Source of the DNA: Eledone cirrhosa
Lineage: Eukaryota
DNA length: 64,000 nt
Reading direction: 5' to 3'
NCBI GenBank assembly: GCA_964016885.1
Contig: OZ024747.1
Span: 46,128,001-46,192,000 of the forward strand
Shown: piece by piece, positions 41,052 to 56,541 of the stretch
How positions within the stretch are numbered: the stretch's first letter is position 1
Layout: each line of letters starts with the position of its first letter
Position numbers and translations under genes: made by a program
The notes under the pieces: model-generated
Seen by the model: only the letters and a program-made list of their open reading frames with translations
Told to the model about the DNA's origin: nothing
Databases searched by the model: none

Positions 41052-42499
41052 GTATAGATAGATATGTAGGTAGATAGACAAATAGATAGATAGTGAGACT
41101 GAAATTGATATAGGTGTATGAATGCATTAACATATAACTATGTAATACTTATAGGCTTATATGTACTTTTCTAACGTTAGAATTTAATTAGTTTCAGTTG
41201 TAAGCTTTCTGGTGAATTGAAAACAAAAGATATACTGATGGTGACATAGACAAGATTATTCCACATAATTATTTTAGATATGGTATTTAAAGAAAAAACG
41301 TTTAAACATTTATTCTTTGTTAATTTCCATATATTTTGTATACGTGTACATATAATTATATATGTTTTTCTTTATCTACGTTAGATTTTGATAATCTCAT
41401 ATCTATTTCTGGGTCTTTAATTAATATAGAATATTCAATATTCTCATCGTCTATCGACCTTATCACCCCCCCCCCCCACACACTCCACTGTAGCCTCCAT
41501 TTTCATATAACGTCGTCTCATTCATTTTGTAATCCGCATATACGAATTTTTACCTGTATAGATACGTTACCGTGGTTTCGAAAATATATTCTCCCTCTAT
41601 TTATTATTGGCGGATTGGCAGTATCGGTAGAGCGTCGGACACACTGCTTTGTGACAGAGAGTTACAGCCCCTTATGTTCTGAGTTCAAATCCCGTCAATG
41701 TAAGCTTTGTCTTTCATCCTTACAGATTAGATAAAATAAAGTACCAGTAATGCACAGGGGTCGATTTAATCGACTTTCCCCTTCCCCTTCAAATTGCTGG
41801 CCTTGTGCCTATAGTAGAAACATCTATTATTATTATTATTATCACCATTTGAACAGACGTGTCACTATCGGCTTGTGTGAGTTTGTCTTTTTCACTTGTT
41901 TACAACGGATTTTTGTATTTGGGGGGGGGGTGAGGGGGGGGGATTGGTACAGTATGTATATGGGTGCCTGATTGACCTTCAAGGAAGGTGACCCCATAGT
42001 ATTTAGCCCAATGGTCCGAATTTTCTATTTTCTTCTTTGAAAAACGCAGAATTTTTTTTTTTTTTTTTTCTAATTTCTAAAGAGAAATATGGAAGTAAAA
42101 TCCAGCCTCCCCCCCCCCCCCCCCCTTCATCGTGCCACAAATATTTCACACGAGAAAAGTGTACACGTCTTTTAAACATGTCAGACGTAGAGTTGTAGAT
42201 AAATTATGCCACCACCACCACCACCACACCCACAAACAGCGACACATGTACAGAAACTACCACCGCCGCCATCGTCACCACCATCACTACCAATAGCATC
42301 AACACCAGTATCGGCAGTAGCAGCAACAACAGCGGCGGCAATAGTAACAGCAACAGCAGCAGCAACAACGGAAACAACAACAACAATAACGATAACAACA
42401 TCAAAAGCAACAGAGAGAGAGAGGGAGAGAGTGATTAATTTTCATTGAATACAAAAATTCATTACCAACCAAATCCTCCACAAATCACATCGTATTTAA

Positions 42500-43053
42500 A
42501 TAATGGTTTCTTATATAGGAACAAGGCCTGCAATTTTGGGGAGGGGAAAGTCGATTAAATCAACCCCAGTACATTACTGGTACCTTATTTTATCGACACC
42601 GTAACGATGAAAGACAAAGTTAACCTCGACGGGATTTGAACCCAGATCATAAAGGGCCGTGACTCTATGCTGAAAAGCATGGCGTCCGACTCCCTATCGA
42701 TACTGCCAATCCACCCCCCTCGCACTGTATTTAAATAATTGTTTCTACTTTTGGCACGAGACCAGCAATTATCCCAGTACATTACTGGTACTTTATTTTA
42801 TCGACCCCGTAAGGATGAAAGACAAAGTTAACCTCGGCGGGATTTGAACTCAGACCATAAAGGGCCGTAACTCTTTGCTGCAAAGCATGGGGTCCAACCC
42901 TCTACCGATACTGCCAATCTACCGCCCTAGTTAAATAATTGTTTCTCCTTTTGGCACAAGGCCAGCAATTATCCTAGTGTATTACTGGTACTTCATTTTA
43001 TCGACCCCGTAAGGATGAAAGGCAAAGTTAACCTCGGCAGGATTTGAACTCAG
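42500..43053 (-). mobile_element. Three tandem SINE copies
   Basis: A/B boxes and Nin domain repeated; each copy starts after TTAAATAAT. Confidence 0.88.
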
Positions 43054-43509
43054 AATTTAAATAATGAATTTATAAATGAAATGTAGGCTGCAATATATTT
43101 TTCGAACGGGCACCTCTACCTAAGGCCTCGATACGTCTCTTATTAACCCGCACAAAGGACGATGTGGTGTGGTTCTTTTCCGTTCCTCTCTCCATATTGC
43201 AGTTTCGGTGGTCTTATTTGCGCCAGTCACCAATATCTAGTACTTTCTTAAGGCCTCGAAAACTAGGTTTTTTAGAGGCGGCTTTTATTCGTCTTGTCAT
43301 AGCTACTTTACTGGGTTGTGAAAGTTTTCTTGGAAGCTACAGGTGTCACCCGTTGCTCCATCTTCCCTAGTAGTTTACCGCTGTTGGGCCGGGGTTGCTT
43401 ATTCGTCCGGCAGCTGCCCACCCGCTTATATCACAACTAACTATCATGTGTGATATCCGCCACATGCTACTCGTTACCTAACAGAACAGCTCTGCCCCAT
43501 CCCCCCCCC

Positions 43510-43765
43510 CCCTTGTTAAGCCTTCCCGGTAAAATCTATACTAAGTGTCTGACAAAGAGATGCAGGGAGACTGTCGAGTACAAGCTAGCTGAGGAACAGT
43601 GCAGTGTTTTGCACCGGACGCAGCAGAGTCAACTAAATATTCGAGAAATCTTGGGAGTATTGGCGAGAGGTATTTTCTTGATTTGTAGACCTCAAAAGGG
43701 CATATGACAGCGTTCCTCGGGACCTGCTGTTAAAGGTTTGGCAAGAGTATTGGATCGATGAACAA
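43510..43765 (+). pseudogene. RTE-clade LINE reverse transcriptase fragment
   Basis: LLSLPGKIYTKCL..LAEEQC, then in another frame FVDLKRAYDSVPRDLL; followed by (GAA)n. Confidence 0.8.
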
Positions 43766-44310
43766 CGGATGAAGAAGAAGAAGAAGAAGAAGAAGAAGAA
43801 GAAGAAGAAGAAGAAGAAGAAGAAGAAGAAGAAGAAGAAGAAGAAGAAGAAGAAGAAGAATTTATAAATCAGGTATTTAAGTCCTAGACCAACTATAAGA
43901 AAATAAAGTTAAATGTGCATTTGAATATATATATCGTTTAAAATCTACCTTCTTCATTTAGTGGATACAATTTTTATTTTCAGTAAAGTATTCCATATAC
44001 CTCATGAGTTCTTATTAGATATTGTTGCTTGTCTTTATTTAAATTTATACAATCAATATAGGCTAGGAGGCTTTTCACCAATCGTCACTTGCTAGAGTTG
44101 CTAAAATTGATTGAGTCAGGTCAAAGATTGGAGACTAATATGTATTGAAACATATACCCTAAAGATACAGACATTGTTGTACGTGTCATGGCAGAGGTGT
44201 GTTTGGCAAAGTTCAGCAATGGCTGACGTTTCGTTTTTTTCCTCTAATAACAAAAATACAATGACGCATGCACACAAAAACACACACGGATGCACACACA
44301 CACACACACA

Positions 44311-44538
<228 letters not shown>

Positions 44539-44539
44539 C

Positions 44540-44725
44540 AGTCTTTTTCGTTGCTATGGCAATGCGGCTGGACTGCCGATCGCTATATTTGATTTGCAAA
44601 GCTGTCTAAACGTATTGTTATAACTCTGGGGTATTATTCTCCATCGAGTGCTAAAGCTACATTCCGAATCTGCATTCGTTAGCTTAGCCGCAGCCTAAAG
44701 CTTCGTTAATGCTGTACTAAAATTT
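44540..44725. mobile_element. Solo copy of the 240-bp direct-repeat family (opposite orientation to 58251)
   Basis: Reverse complement of 58251-58430; (TA)n flanks. Confidence 0.8.
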
Positions 44726-44749
44726 GTATATATATATATGTATATATAA

Positions 44750-45406
44750 AATTAAAAATCTCGCTCTACATGGCTGAATACAATAAAAGAAATCTGAGTT
44801 TTTCGCATATTAATAATAATCTCCGATTCGTTTGCAATTATGCAAGCATCCCCTTTTTTAAAGCCATTTCAGTAGAATGAGTCCCTCATTCTTTCTCTTG
44901 TATTGGCATGTAAACAGAACTGCAGACACTAATGTTTCTGGTATATTAAAAAAACTCAGATTACATTTATTGTATTCAGCCATGTAGAGCGATAACTTTT
45001 TTTTTTTTTTTTTAATATGGCAAAACCGGCGATTAATCGCTCGTATACAGGAAACTGACTGGCCTGTCTGCTGATATGCAAATCTGGCTGATCAGTGGAT
45101 CTGCTAATATGCAGATCTGACTGATCAGCCAGTCTGCTAATATGCAAATCAGGCCGGTCAGTCACTGTATATTTTAGAAAATATCATATATTTTCACTAG
45201 CTCTCACAGTTGGCAGATGAACAGTGAACTGCAATGATAAAGGGTAATACCCAGGAACATTAGTGTCTGCAGTTCTGTTTACATGCCAACACAAGAACAA
45301 GAATGAGGGGCTCATTCTATCGACATGGCTTTAAAAAAGAGGATGTTTGCATAATTGCAACCGAATAGAATATTATTATTAATATCCGAAAACCTCAGCT
45401 TACGTT

Positions 45407-45410
<4 letters not shown>
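44750..45410. mobile_element. Multiply inverted copy of the octamer/ATGATAA family
   Basis: Inverted arm at 44750-44945, short direct tail at 44950-44995, direct copy at 45020-45410; HHR-like fold at 45226-45275 (GGAA in this copy). Confidence 0.85.
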
Positions 45411-45478
<68 letters not shown>

Positions 45479-45562
45479 ATTTAAAAGGTAAACAAAAATA
45501 ACAAAACAAACGGCACAGTACATGGAAGAAATATGTTAGTTTAACGCTTGAAATAGCAGGCC

Positions 45563-46150
45563 GTGCAGGCAATCTTAACGTCTGAGTTTGTCCCCTGTTT
45601 GGTGACCACTGAGCAGAAAGAACATCGCGTCAACATCTGTCACGTTCTCTATCAGCGTGCCGCAGATGAGCCATCCTTGATGTCGAGGATCATCTCCGGT
45701 GATGAAAGTTGGATCTACGGGTACGACCTGGAGACGAAGCAGCAGTCGACACAGTGGAAAAGCCCTTCATCTCCACGACCGAAGAAGGCACGACAGAGCC
45801 GAAGCTCAATCCAAAGAATGGTCATCGTTTTTTTTTTTTTAGTTTTTCTTCGACATCCGCGATATTGTGCATCGAGAATTCGTCCCCCAGATTCAGATCA
45901 AGGTTTCTACTGAAAAGTTTTGAGGCGTTTGTGGAGGGACTTTCAGCGAAAGTGACCGGATCTGTGGAGCGCAAACGATTGGATTATTCACGACAACAAT
46001 GCACCCTGTCACCGAGTTGTCTCCACTCGTGGGTTTCTCACCGAAAACAACATTATATCGCTTCGGCACCTATCCTATTCGGCAGATTTAGCACCTGCGG
46101 ACTACCAACTCTTCTCCAACCTGAAAATGCAGCTCAAAAGTCACCGAGAG
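45563..46150 (+). pseudogene. mariner (DD34D) transposase fragment
   Basis: IISGDESWIYGYDLETKQQSTQWKSPSSPRPKK; HDNNAPCH and YSADLAPADY in shifted frames. Confidence 0.9.
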
Positions 46151-46672
46151 GGAGTGGTAAGAGATAGAATTTTTTAGGAAAAATTACATTTATACAAGCG
46201 AAATATTACGTTAAAAGGGGACAAAATATCCGATACAGGAATTAGCAAACATATTCCTTTAAACATTTGTCATTAAAAATCCTACAGCGTTCCTGTTTTG
46301 TTTTTTGTTACTTTTTAAATATTTCCTTATATTTAGTTTGGAATAATCAGTGTATTACTCGATCACGAATATCACTAACAGCTCTATCATTCCGACACTA
46401 ATAAATAGTTATTCGACATCTTCATATTGATCAGAAATATATGTAGAAGTTTATGAGACGAGATGAGTTGTGTATTCATTGCTGTGATGTTTGGCCAGAA
46501 TATATAATCTGTTCAACTTTAACAAAAACTGACAGCATTCTCTAGAGATATAGTCTTTGAAGTGACATTATTAAAAGAAATTGATCCAATCCACTCAAAT
46601 GTCGTATCCTATATTTGATCAATCTGTACAAATAGTTCGTACGACAAAAGCTTTTTTGTTATTGATGCATGG

Positions 46673-46707
<35 letters not shown>

Positions 46708-46711
46708 CACA

Positions 46712-46800
<89 letters not shown>

Positions 46801-47378
46801 CTACAAAAGTGACGGAGAAAATTACGTGAACACAAGAAAGAGATAAAGAGTACTCAAGGTAAATTGTGTAGATTTAATATAGTTTTTGTAAGCTGTATAC
46901 CTCGTGAATTGTTAGAGATTTTCACGTTTTAGATCTTTGGAAGAGGGAAAACTTCATATAAACAGGCGAAACTCCTTGGCGCCACAGTCGGGATTTACAT
47001 ATCTCTATACCCACTCTACATCTCTCGTTGTATTGAGTGTCCATATGATTAGTGTTCCCCTCGGTTTCAGCACCGCAAACTCTCTCTCTATATATATATA
47101 TATATATCATAAAACATGTCTATAGAATCACCAGATAAAATATATACAATTTCCTCTCCCAATTAGCACAATTAACTATATAAAAAATCGAATAGACCAG
47201 GCTATAAGAATAAGGCTTCTATGAAGAAATCTCCAACAAATAACCGAAACTAGCCCTTCGCGTCGGCTGCGACGGAATATTTATCGAATATTTAGACAGC
47301 GTAATCGCCCAATATACAGTCAATTAAACAGAATTAGGTGTAACATAAACTAGGAGAAAAGAGAATACATTTATTTAC

Positions 47379-47451
47379 CTCTACCATGGTTTCGTCCGCA
47401 TTTTGAGATTTCCAATAACTTCGGAAACTCGAGCATCGGACTCTTCAGGAG
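47379..47451 (-). ncRNA. Canonical type I hammerhead ribozyme with extended stem II
   Basis: Minus strand: ctc CTGAAGA gtccg-atgctc-gagtttcc-gaagttatt-ggaaatctc-aaaatg-cggac GAAA ccatgg TA gag, within a ~550-bp island (47108-47660) between (TA)n tracts. Confidence 0.9.
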
Positions 47452-47696
47452 TTTGCTCTAATCTAGACAATAAATTTTCCAAAGTGATCGCGCCAAGAAT
47501 ACATTCAAAAATGGCTAAGAATCGTGACGTAGCAGCGGTCAGGCTGGAAGGCGTGTGGTAGTTGCTTACGGCTGGTCGCTTTTTGTTAGAAAGCACAGCA
47601 CAATACAGCCAAATTTGTATCTCAACCTAATGGGAGATTATTTCCCGTTGCAAAACACGTATATGTATATATGTATATATATATATATGTGTAAAC

Positions 47697-47769
<73 letters not shown>

Positions 47770-48879
47770 TATATTTACATACATAACAGGGGGACACGAA
47801 AACCATTGGCCCCCACGAACCTTCTCTGTCACTGTATATCCATTTTCTCGTCGATCAACATAGAGAATTCCAATGTGAGTTCCAACAGCGGACTTTTCTG
47901 TGTGAAACACAGCTCTGAATTAAGCCCCCGCAGTTTTCTATCTTTGTGACAACTCGAAGGATAAGGTACATGTCAATAAACACATGACTGTCAACTGTCA
48001 GTGGTTTTCTCTTGTGATTCAATCTAAAATTAGTACAATTATGTTCTGTTTTATATGGTTGCATTAAAATAGACTAGCAGAGAAACCATCCTTCGCGTGG
48101 TTTTCTGCTAGCATGTGTAGTGTGTATATTGATATTATACGCAAGTATATATACATGTAGATATGATACATCAAATAAAATCGTAATTGAAAATATACAC
48201 AGAAATTGAACGAAGACTGCGTTACACTGTCTTCTGTAATCAGTAACGTAATCCATGATACATAAAAAAAAAGACGATATTATATGTAAACTGCATTAGG
48301 AGAAAATTAGTGACGGAAATATATGAGTATTTATTTAAGCGATCGCCACCGGAAGTGTTGACATTTGGAAATTTTAAAGAATTGAATCTTTAGATAAATA
48401 ATAAAATATATTTAATGAACAGCCACGAAATGTAGTAGATACATTATGTAATATTCATTTTTCATTCAAAGTAATCCAACTTATTTTACTAAGGGGATAA
48501 AAAAATTATAAACCGTACGCAGTCCCGCGCTTCTTACTTTATTATAGTTTAGATATAACAGCTATTCAATCATATTTGTGTGTGTTTGTATGTGTATTGG
48601 TGTATGTCGCTGTGTGGGTATCTTGATATAAGTTTATATATGTTTATATAAATCTGTGTCTAAGAAGAGAATATATGTTATCAGGTTTTCTCAGTTAGTT
48701 GCACAAAAAGAATATGAAGGTGGTGATGATATGGGGAAGGAGAGAAAGATTAGAAAAAAGAAGAAAAAGAGAAGAGGGTTGGACAGGGGAGAGAAATGAT
48801 GTAGGTTAAGGGGAGAATTTAGATATAGTATTCCTAGGGAAGCTATTGCTGTTGGTAGTTGAACATGCGGGAAAAAATA

Positions 48880-48982
48880 CTGATGTTGATGACAGTGATG
48901 ATGTTGATGGTGATGATGATAATGGTGACGATGATGATGATGATGATGACGATGATGATGATGATGATGATGATGTTGATGT

Positions 48983-49026
<44 letters not shown>

Positions 49027-49163
49027 TTGGTATTGATGATGATGATGATGATGTTGATGATGATGATGTTGATGACGATGATGACGATGATGATGATGAT
49101 GATGATGATGATGACGATGATGATGATGATGATGATGATGACGATGATGATGATAATGACGAC

Positions 49164-49197
<34 letters not shown>

Positions 49198-49327
49198 TTG
49201 GTATTGATGATGATGACGACGATGATGATGATGATGATGTTGATGACGATGATGATGATGATGATGATGAGGATGTTGATGATGACGATGATGATGATGA
49301 TGTTGATGATGTTGATGTTAATGACAT

Positions 49328-49377
<50 letters not shown>

Positions 49378-49411
49378 TTGATGATGTTGATGTTAATGAC
49401 ATTGATGTTGT

Positions 49412-49455
<44 letters not shown>

Positions 49456-49575
49456 TTGATGTTGATGATGATGATGTTGATGTTGATGATGATGATAATG
49501 ATGATCATGATCATCCTGATCAACATCATCATCATCATCATCACCATCATAATCATCACCATCATCATCATCACA
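48880..49575. repeat. Degenerate (GAT)n trinucleotide tract switching to (CAT)n
   Basis: Direct reading of the sequence; strand switch near 49505. Confidence 0.97.
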
Positions 49576-50632
49576 ATGACGAGGAGGAGAAGGAGACGGA
49601 CTAGGGCTAAGAGGCGCCGCACGGTGGAGAGGAGCGGGGGGGGGTGAGTAGAAGTAGGTAATCACAAGCCATTCATTGTTGCGAAAATATTTGCATGGAA
49701 AAAAAGTCTACTTCACACCGAACGTCTCGAAATCTTACTGAGCCACATTTATTTTCTCATTTATTTATTCCTTTATTATTATCGTTATTACCATCATTAT
49801 CACCATCTTCAGCATTATCATTATTATTATTGTCGTTGTTTTTGTTATTGTTGATGTTGTCTATTTATTTATTTGTTTGATTTGCTTTTGATTTGTTGTT
49901 TTCTTAAATTCTCTCTTGAGAGACCAAAGATGGTATTTCACCTTAAGGGTATAACTATTTAACAATATTTTGGTTGTGTTCAGTTTCAATTGCTACTCCG
50001 CAGAGAATTTCTTACACAGAATCTTTACGTTAAGAAAAGTTAATTTCGTTTCCATATTCACCAACCAACTGCTGCCTCCAAAAGAATTTACCTTAATTCT
50101 AGTTAGAAAAAAATACTGAAAAAGACATATTTACTATGCTAAATATTGTGCTAAATAGTCAAGTGCTATAAAAGACGGTTTTAAATGAGAAATAACTACT
50201 CAATTAACATTTCTTTATGCTCCTTTTTAAGCTAAAGTACTATCACTTTGATGTTTTAAGCATTTGTTGGTGTGTATGTATGTATGTATGTATGTGTGTA
50301 TTTATGTATGAACGAATGTATGTGTGTATGAATGTGTATATGTCTCTATGTTTGCGTATTTCTTTTTCTCCTGATTTTCTCATTTCAAAATTCTTCGTCA
50401 AAGACCTATAATGAACCTAAAATAACTGTGTAAAACTGTCTCCTGTGTTTTGTTTATCAATTATATATATATTTTGGTCACTTTGTGGGGAAGGGATGGG
50501 GCCGTCGCCGAGCGGTGGTTCATTTACCGGGTGCGAAGCGTGCAGTGTATATCACGCGCGCCTTGACGGGCGCCGACGCAGCCGATGTGCGACATTTAGT
50601 CGAGAAGAGTGTCAGTCGGAGAGTCTGTCAAA

Positions 50633-50682
<50 letters not shown>

Positions 50683-50689
50683 ATATATA

Positions 50690-50764
<75 letters not shown>

Positions 50765-50816
50765 TACGAAAGGAGTTAGGTATTAAGTTCGCGTTTGACA
50801 GTGAAATATATATATT

Positions 50817-50970
<154 letters not shown>

Positions 50971-51024
50971 CGCATGCATGTATGTATCTATGTATATATA
51001 TATATGAATGCATGCATGTATGTA

Positions 51025-51072
<48 letters not shown>

Positions 51073-51086
51073 TGCATGTATGTATC

Positions 51087-51134
<48 letters not shown>

Positions 51135-51279
51135 TGCATGCATCTATGTATGTATGTATGTATATATATATATATATATAGAGAGAGAGGGGGGGGGAGA
51201 AAGAAAGAGAGAGAGGGGGGAGTAAATATGTGTGTGTGTGTGTGTAAGTATGTATGTATAGATGCATGTATATATGCAT

Positions 51280-51530
51280 GTTCCCAGTACAACCTGTCCC
51301 ATGGTCGGGTCGTTGGCGACTAAACTGGCAACCCCACCAATGTTTCTTGGTGAGGAGGGTGGCTTTGGACATCCTGCAGGACTAAAAACAAAACCTGTCA
51401 AAGGGCAAAGGAGCTCTTAAGAGTCAATGGCCATCCAAAATCACCGGGAGAGATGACCCCTTAGCCTTTGTCAAGGCAGAATTCTAGGAGAAGGAAAACT
51501 CTGATATAACACCTGCAACCTTGATGGTAT
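51280..51530 (+). mobile_element. RTE-type LINE 5' UTR fragment
   Basis: ctaaactggcaaccccacc and aggcagaattctaggagaaggaaaactctga resemble RTE 5'-UTR signatures (recognised from memory, not searched). Confidence 0.55.
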
Positions 51531-53475
51531 CCAATGATGTTGACTTGTTCTTCTTTTTGGTAAATATCATCTTGGTTAAGAGAGTGGGACTGGCTTTGTG
51601 CAGAGCCTTTGCTCACTATAAAAGCTTCACGGCACAGGCATTGCTTTATATCTGGAGATCTCTCTGCACTTGTCGTCACATGGTACCATGGGCCCAGCAC
51701 TATGTGTCAATAATTGTCACAGGAGTAGTGTTTGTACCAGAGTTTTCAAGTCGCTTGCTGGACTAAAAAGTCACACTCGTTCAGCGCATCAGTAAGGGTT
51801 CTCCTACATGGATATAAAGTGGTGGCCGTACTCGAAAACGAGTTGGCAGCCACCATATATGCATGTATGTATGCATATATATTAGCAGAATTAAAAATCT
51901 GCATCGCTGTGACAGATCAATTTATCTCAAAAGGAAATTCAATGGACAGACCCATGATTCTTTATCACCGTAACTTAAATTTTTGAAATACATAAAATAT
52001 AAATATTCATCTGAATGCATCAGAAATTCACTCATTACATATAATTTGTACTACAAAAATCAAATGCATACACCCAATATAACACAGGATCGCATAAATA
52101 AATATCTTAAAAATAACATCACGTCATACGTCACATGGAATTCGGTAGAGGGTCGGACGCCATGCTTTGCAGGAAAGAGTTACGGCCCTTTATGGTCTGA
52201 GTTCAAATCCCGCCGAGGTTAACTTTGCCTTTCATCCTTACGGGGTCGATAAAATAAAGTACCAGTAATGTACTGGGTAATTGCTGGCATTGTGCCAAAA
52301 AGTAGAAACAATTAATAATATACTACAGAAACAAAAACTCTTATCAACAACAAACATTGTAAACCAAGGTGACTAATGTGATTCATAAATAAAATTGAAT
52401 AAATGAAAGGTGTAATCTCCATGACATCAAGTAGTTCACTTCCAATGCACCACACAAAATGCTACAAAACAAAGCTATATATATATATATATACACACAC
52501 ACAAGGGACCTCGGTTCACGAACAATTTTTCCGAACATAAAACGAATGGTGTTTCGAGTAACGACCACGCAAACCAGAAAAAAATGGTTGGCAACAAGCC
52601 TTGGAGTATCAGTAGGAAAGTGGCACTTGCTGTGTAGTTATCACTACGGTGATATCTACATGTCTTTCACACATGAGATTCCTACATCTACTAATAAGTA
52701 TACTGTTCTACAGGTACTTCGGTTCGGTAACACGGCTTTGTAGTCGATTGTGCAGTAGAAACTCGTATAAAACTACCCAAGAAATAATAAGATATGTTGT
52801 GATATTGACGGAATGGATAGAATGTGGCGGAGAATGAACTGGCTTATTTAGGAGTGATATTGCCTTTTATCCTTTCTGGGTCGATATAAAATATGAATCT
52901 AATAGTGGGCTCGATATGACTTTCTACTCCCTCAAATTTGCTGGCCTTGTGGATAATTTGGAATCATTATTTGAGTGAGTTACAACAACGTGATGATGGC
53001 GATGATGATGGGGATGATAATGGTGATGATGGAGATGATGATGATAAAGATGATGAAGATACTCAAAATATTTATGTAAATGATTGTATGGATTTTGATG
53101 ATACTGACGATGTCGAATGTTTTTTTCGAAGTCACTTTTCTCCTCTTTAGTCACCAGTATTCGGAACTCATTCAGTTAATATTTATATATAATGAAAGGC
53201 GGTAAACTGTTTGGTCTGCAAATATATTATTGCCACACGACGACTTGATATGAAACATGTAATCCAAGAAGATATGTTCACGTACGAAATTGATCTTGAA
53301 ATACGAAATATTTTCATGATTCTTCAGAGTGATTAGTTAAAGCAAAAAATATCAAAACGTAAAAAGTAAAACCAAAGAATGAGATAACACACAATGACAC
53401 CATAAGAAAGGTAAGATAAGAGAGTAGAGACACATAGATGCAGACATACTTAAGTGCACATATACATATTTACCT

Positions 53476-53543
<68 letters not shown>

Positions 53544-53682
53544 ATATACGCATATATATATATATGCATGCGTACATATATACATATACATACATACAGA
53601 CACATACACTCTCTCACACACACACATATAAATATATATATATACATATATACATATATATATATACACATATATATATATA

Positions 53683-53863
<181 letters not shown>

Positions 53864-53876
53864 TACATATTATATA

Positions 53877-53977
<101 letters not shown>

Positions 53978-54222
53978 ACCCCTACAGAAATTATTTGAAC
54001 ACAGAGCAAGTTAAAATACATATACAGTAAGATACTAAAATAAAGATTTAGTAAACTGCATAGTTTTAAGAACATTTTTCAAATTTTAATTTTACTAATA
54101 AAAGATAAGTGATTTTGCTGAAAGCCATGAAACTATTACAGATATTGCAAATGATGAAAATAAAGACAACAAAGGGAAATAAGAATAAAGTAATACCAAT
54201 AACAACACCAACAACCACGAGA

Positions 54223-54404
<182 letters not shown>

Positions 54405-54681
54405 AGTGGCAGCAAAACATTAATAAAAAAAAAAATAAGTATTTTCTTTTGAAATGTCTAAAGTCTTTGAGAGTATATTTGGATATATTTTTCAATAACT
54501 GACAAAAAGTATTAGCAAAAATGATTTGATTCTTAACTCATCCATATAAATAAATAAATGTGAGGAAGATATTTATGTATGTGTGTATGCATATATATAC
54601 ATACATGCATACACATACGCACAAATATATATATATACATATATATATATACACATATATATATATATATACATATATATG

Positions 54682-54830
<149 letters not shown>

Positions 54831-54839
54831 TTATTTATT

Positions 54840-54870
<31 letters not shown>

Positions 54871-55645
54871 ATATTTATCCAGAGAAAACTTTTGTGAAAC
54901 GGCTGATATATTTTAGGAAAAATATTTTCCAAATCACAAAAGTACTCTGTGTCTGTGAAAAGGTATGTGGACCAAATAAATTTTTATTTCATTGTATTCT
55001 TTAGCAGAACTTGCCGCCACTTCAGGGGATATGCCAGACTTTTTTCTTATCATATATTTCACTGACTTTTAGAAATAGTTTATAATGTTTATATTTATAT
55101 TTATTTATTTATTTATTTATTCAATTATTTTCCTTTTACGTTCAATTTCAGTCCCATTAAGAGTTCTTGCCTTACGAATTAAATTCTTTTTGCAATTTTT
55201 GCGTATGAAACCTAAGTAATAGCAGAATTTATAACATAAAACCTTCAGGATGTCCATCACTTTCTGCCCCTATTTGAACAATAACATCGTCTGGCAGCTT
55301 TTATCTGTATATTATATGACGTAACTGAAAACAAATATGCCTAGCCTTGTATTTAACTATACTTTGTTATTGTTTTGGTTGTTGTTATTGTTGTTATTGA
55401 TGTCTTTGTTGTTTAAGTCAAAATGCTTTATTCGAACAAATAGCTATAGAGCTAAATAAAAAAAAAGAACAAAATTCTGTTCAAAACCGTACGCGAAACT
55501 ATGAATGTTATTTTTGTTGGTGTTTAGCGCAAGTCAGTTCTAAATGAATAATTGTTGTGAGTCAGGGAATCAGATTTTTTGAAGTATCAGGATATTTCAG
55601 TTGACTTTCTAAGTATTAGCATGGCACACCATTCCTATATTCTCT

Positions 55646-55700
<55 letters not shown>

Positions 55701-56203
55701 ATTACCATTACAGAAGTTCGACGAGCATTTGATTCCAGATTCGGGTCCAATCGATACACATCGAATCTTAAGCTAATCAATCACGAAACGCGCGTCATAT
55801 CTCAATAAATCTAATGAAGATTTAACGCCTCGTCCTTTACGTTGCTTCACTTTTCGTGTCTGTTTACGCCCCCCCCCCTCCGCTTTTTTTATCCCAATAA
55901 CTTATTTTAGTGATTGCTCGCACTAGGTTGAGGTATCTTGTCTCTAACGCGAAGAAATATTGATGATTCCTAGCAGACAACTGATGAGCGATATAACCCT
56001 CTTTCGACCATAACTTTTTATTTTCATTTGGCAGTATCGGTAGAGGGTCTGACGCCATGCTTTGACGTATGGAGTTACGGCCCTTGCCATTCTGAGTTCA
56101 AATCCCGCCGAGGTTAACTTTGCCCTTCATCCTTACGGGGTCGATAAAATAAAGTACCAGTAATGCACTGGGTAATTGCTGGCCTTGTGCCAAAAGTAGA
56201 AAC

Positions 56204-56297
<94 letters not shown>

Positions 56298-56497
56298 AAA
56301 CATTAATACGAGAGGAAATGAACACAGGTGTGTTTAGAGAATTTATTTTTTTAATGAGACAAAATAGATGTTTCTGTCGGATATCTGAAGTACCGGTTTC
56401 GAGGGATTAAAACATATTTTCAAACAAAAATAATTGACTTTAACAGAAAGATTGTTGATAGTTTGTGAATTATTGAGCATATGATATACATGTATAT

Positions 56498-56541
<44 letters not shown>

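Noticed and set aside
43100-43500. Possible LINE 5' UTR with an HDV-like ribozyme on the minus strand
   Set aside because: A CGAA and a short hairpin are present, but P1-P3 could not be assigned.
48806-49665. Poly-Asp/Met/Ser/Ile ORFs up to 262 aa (could mimic an acidic biomineral protein)
   Set aside because: Several frames are open simply because of the (GAT)n repeat; there is no signal peptide or non-repetitive domain.
55981-56010. Lone CTGATGA motifs (also near 38018 and 60366)
   Set aside because: No stem II-GAAA-stem III-UH arrangement follows them.
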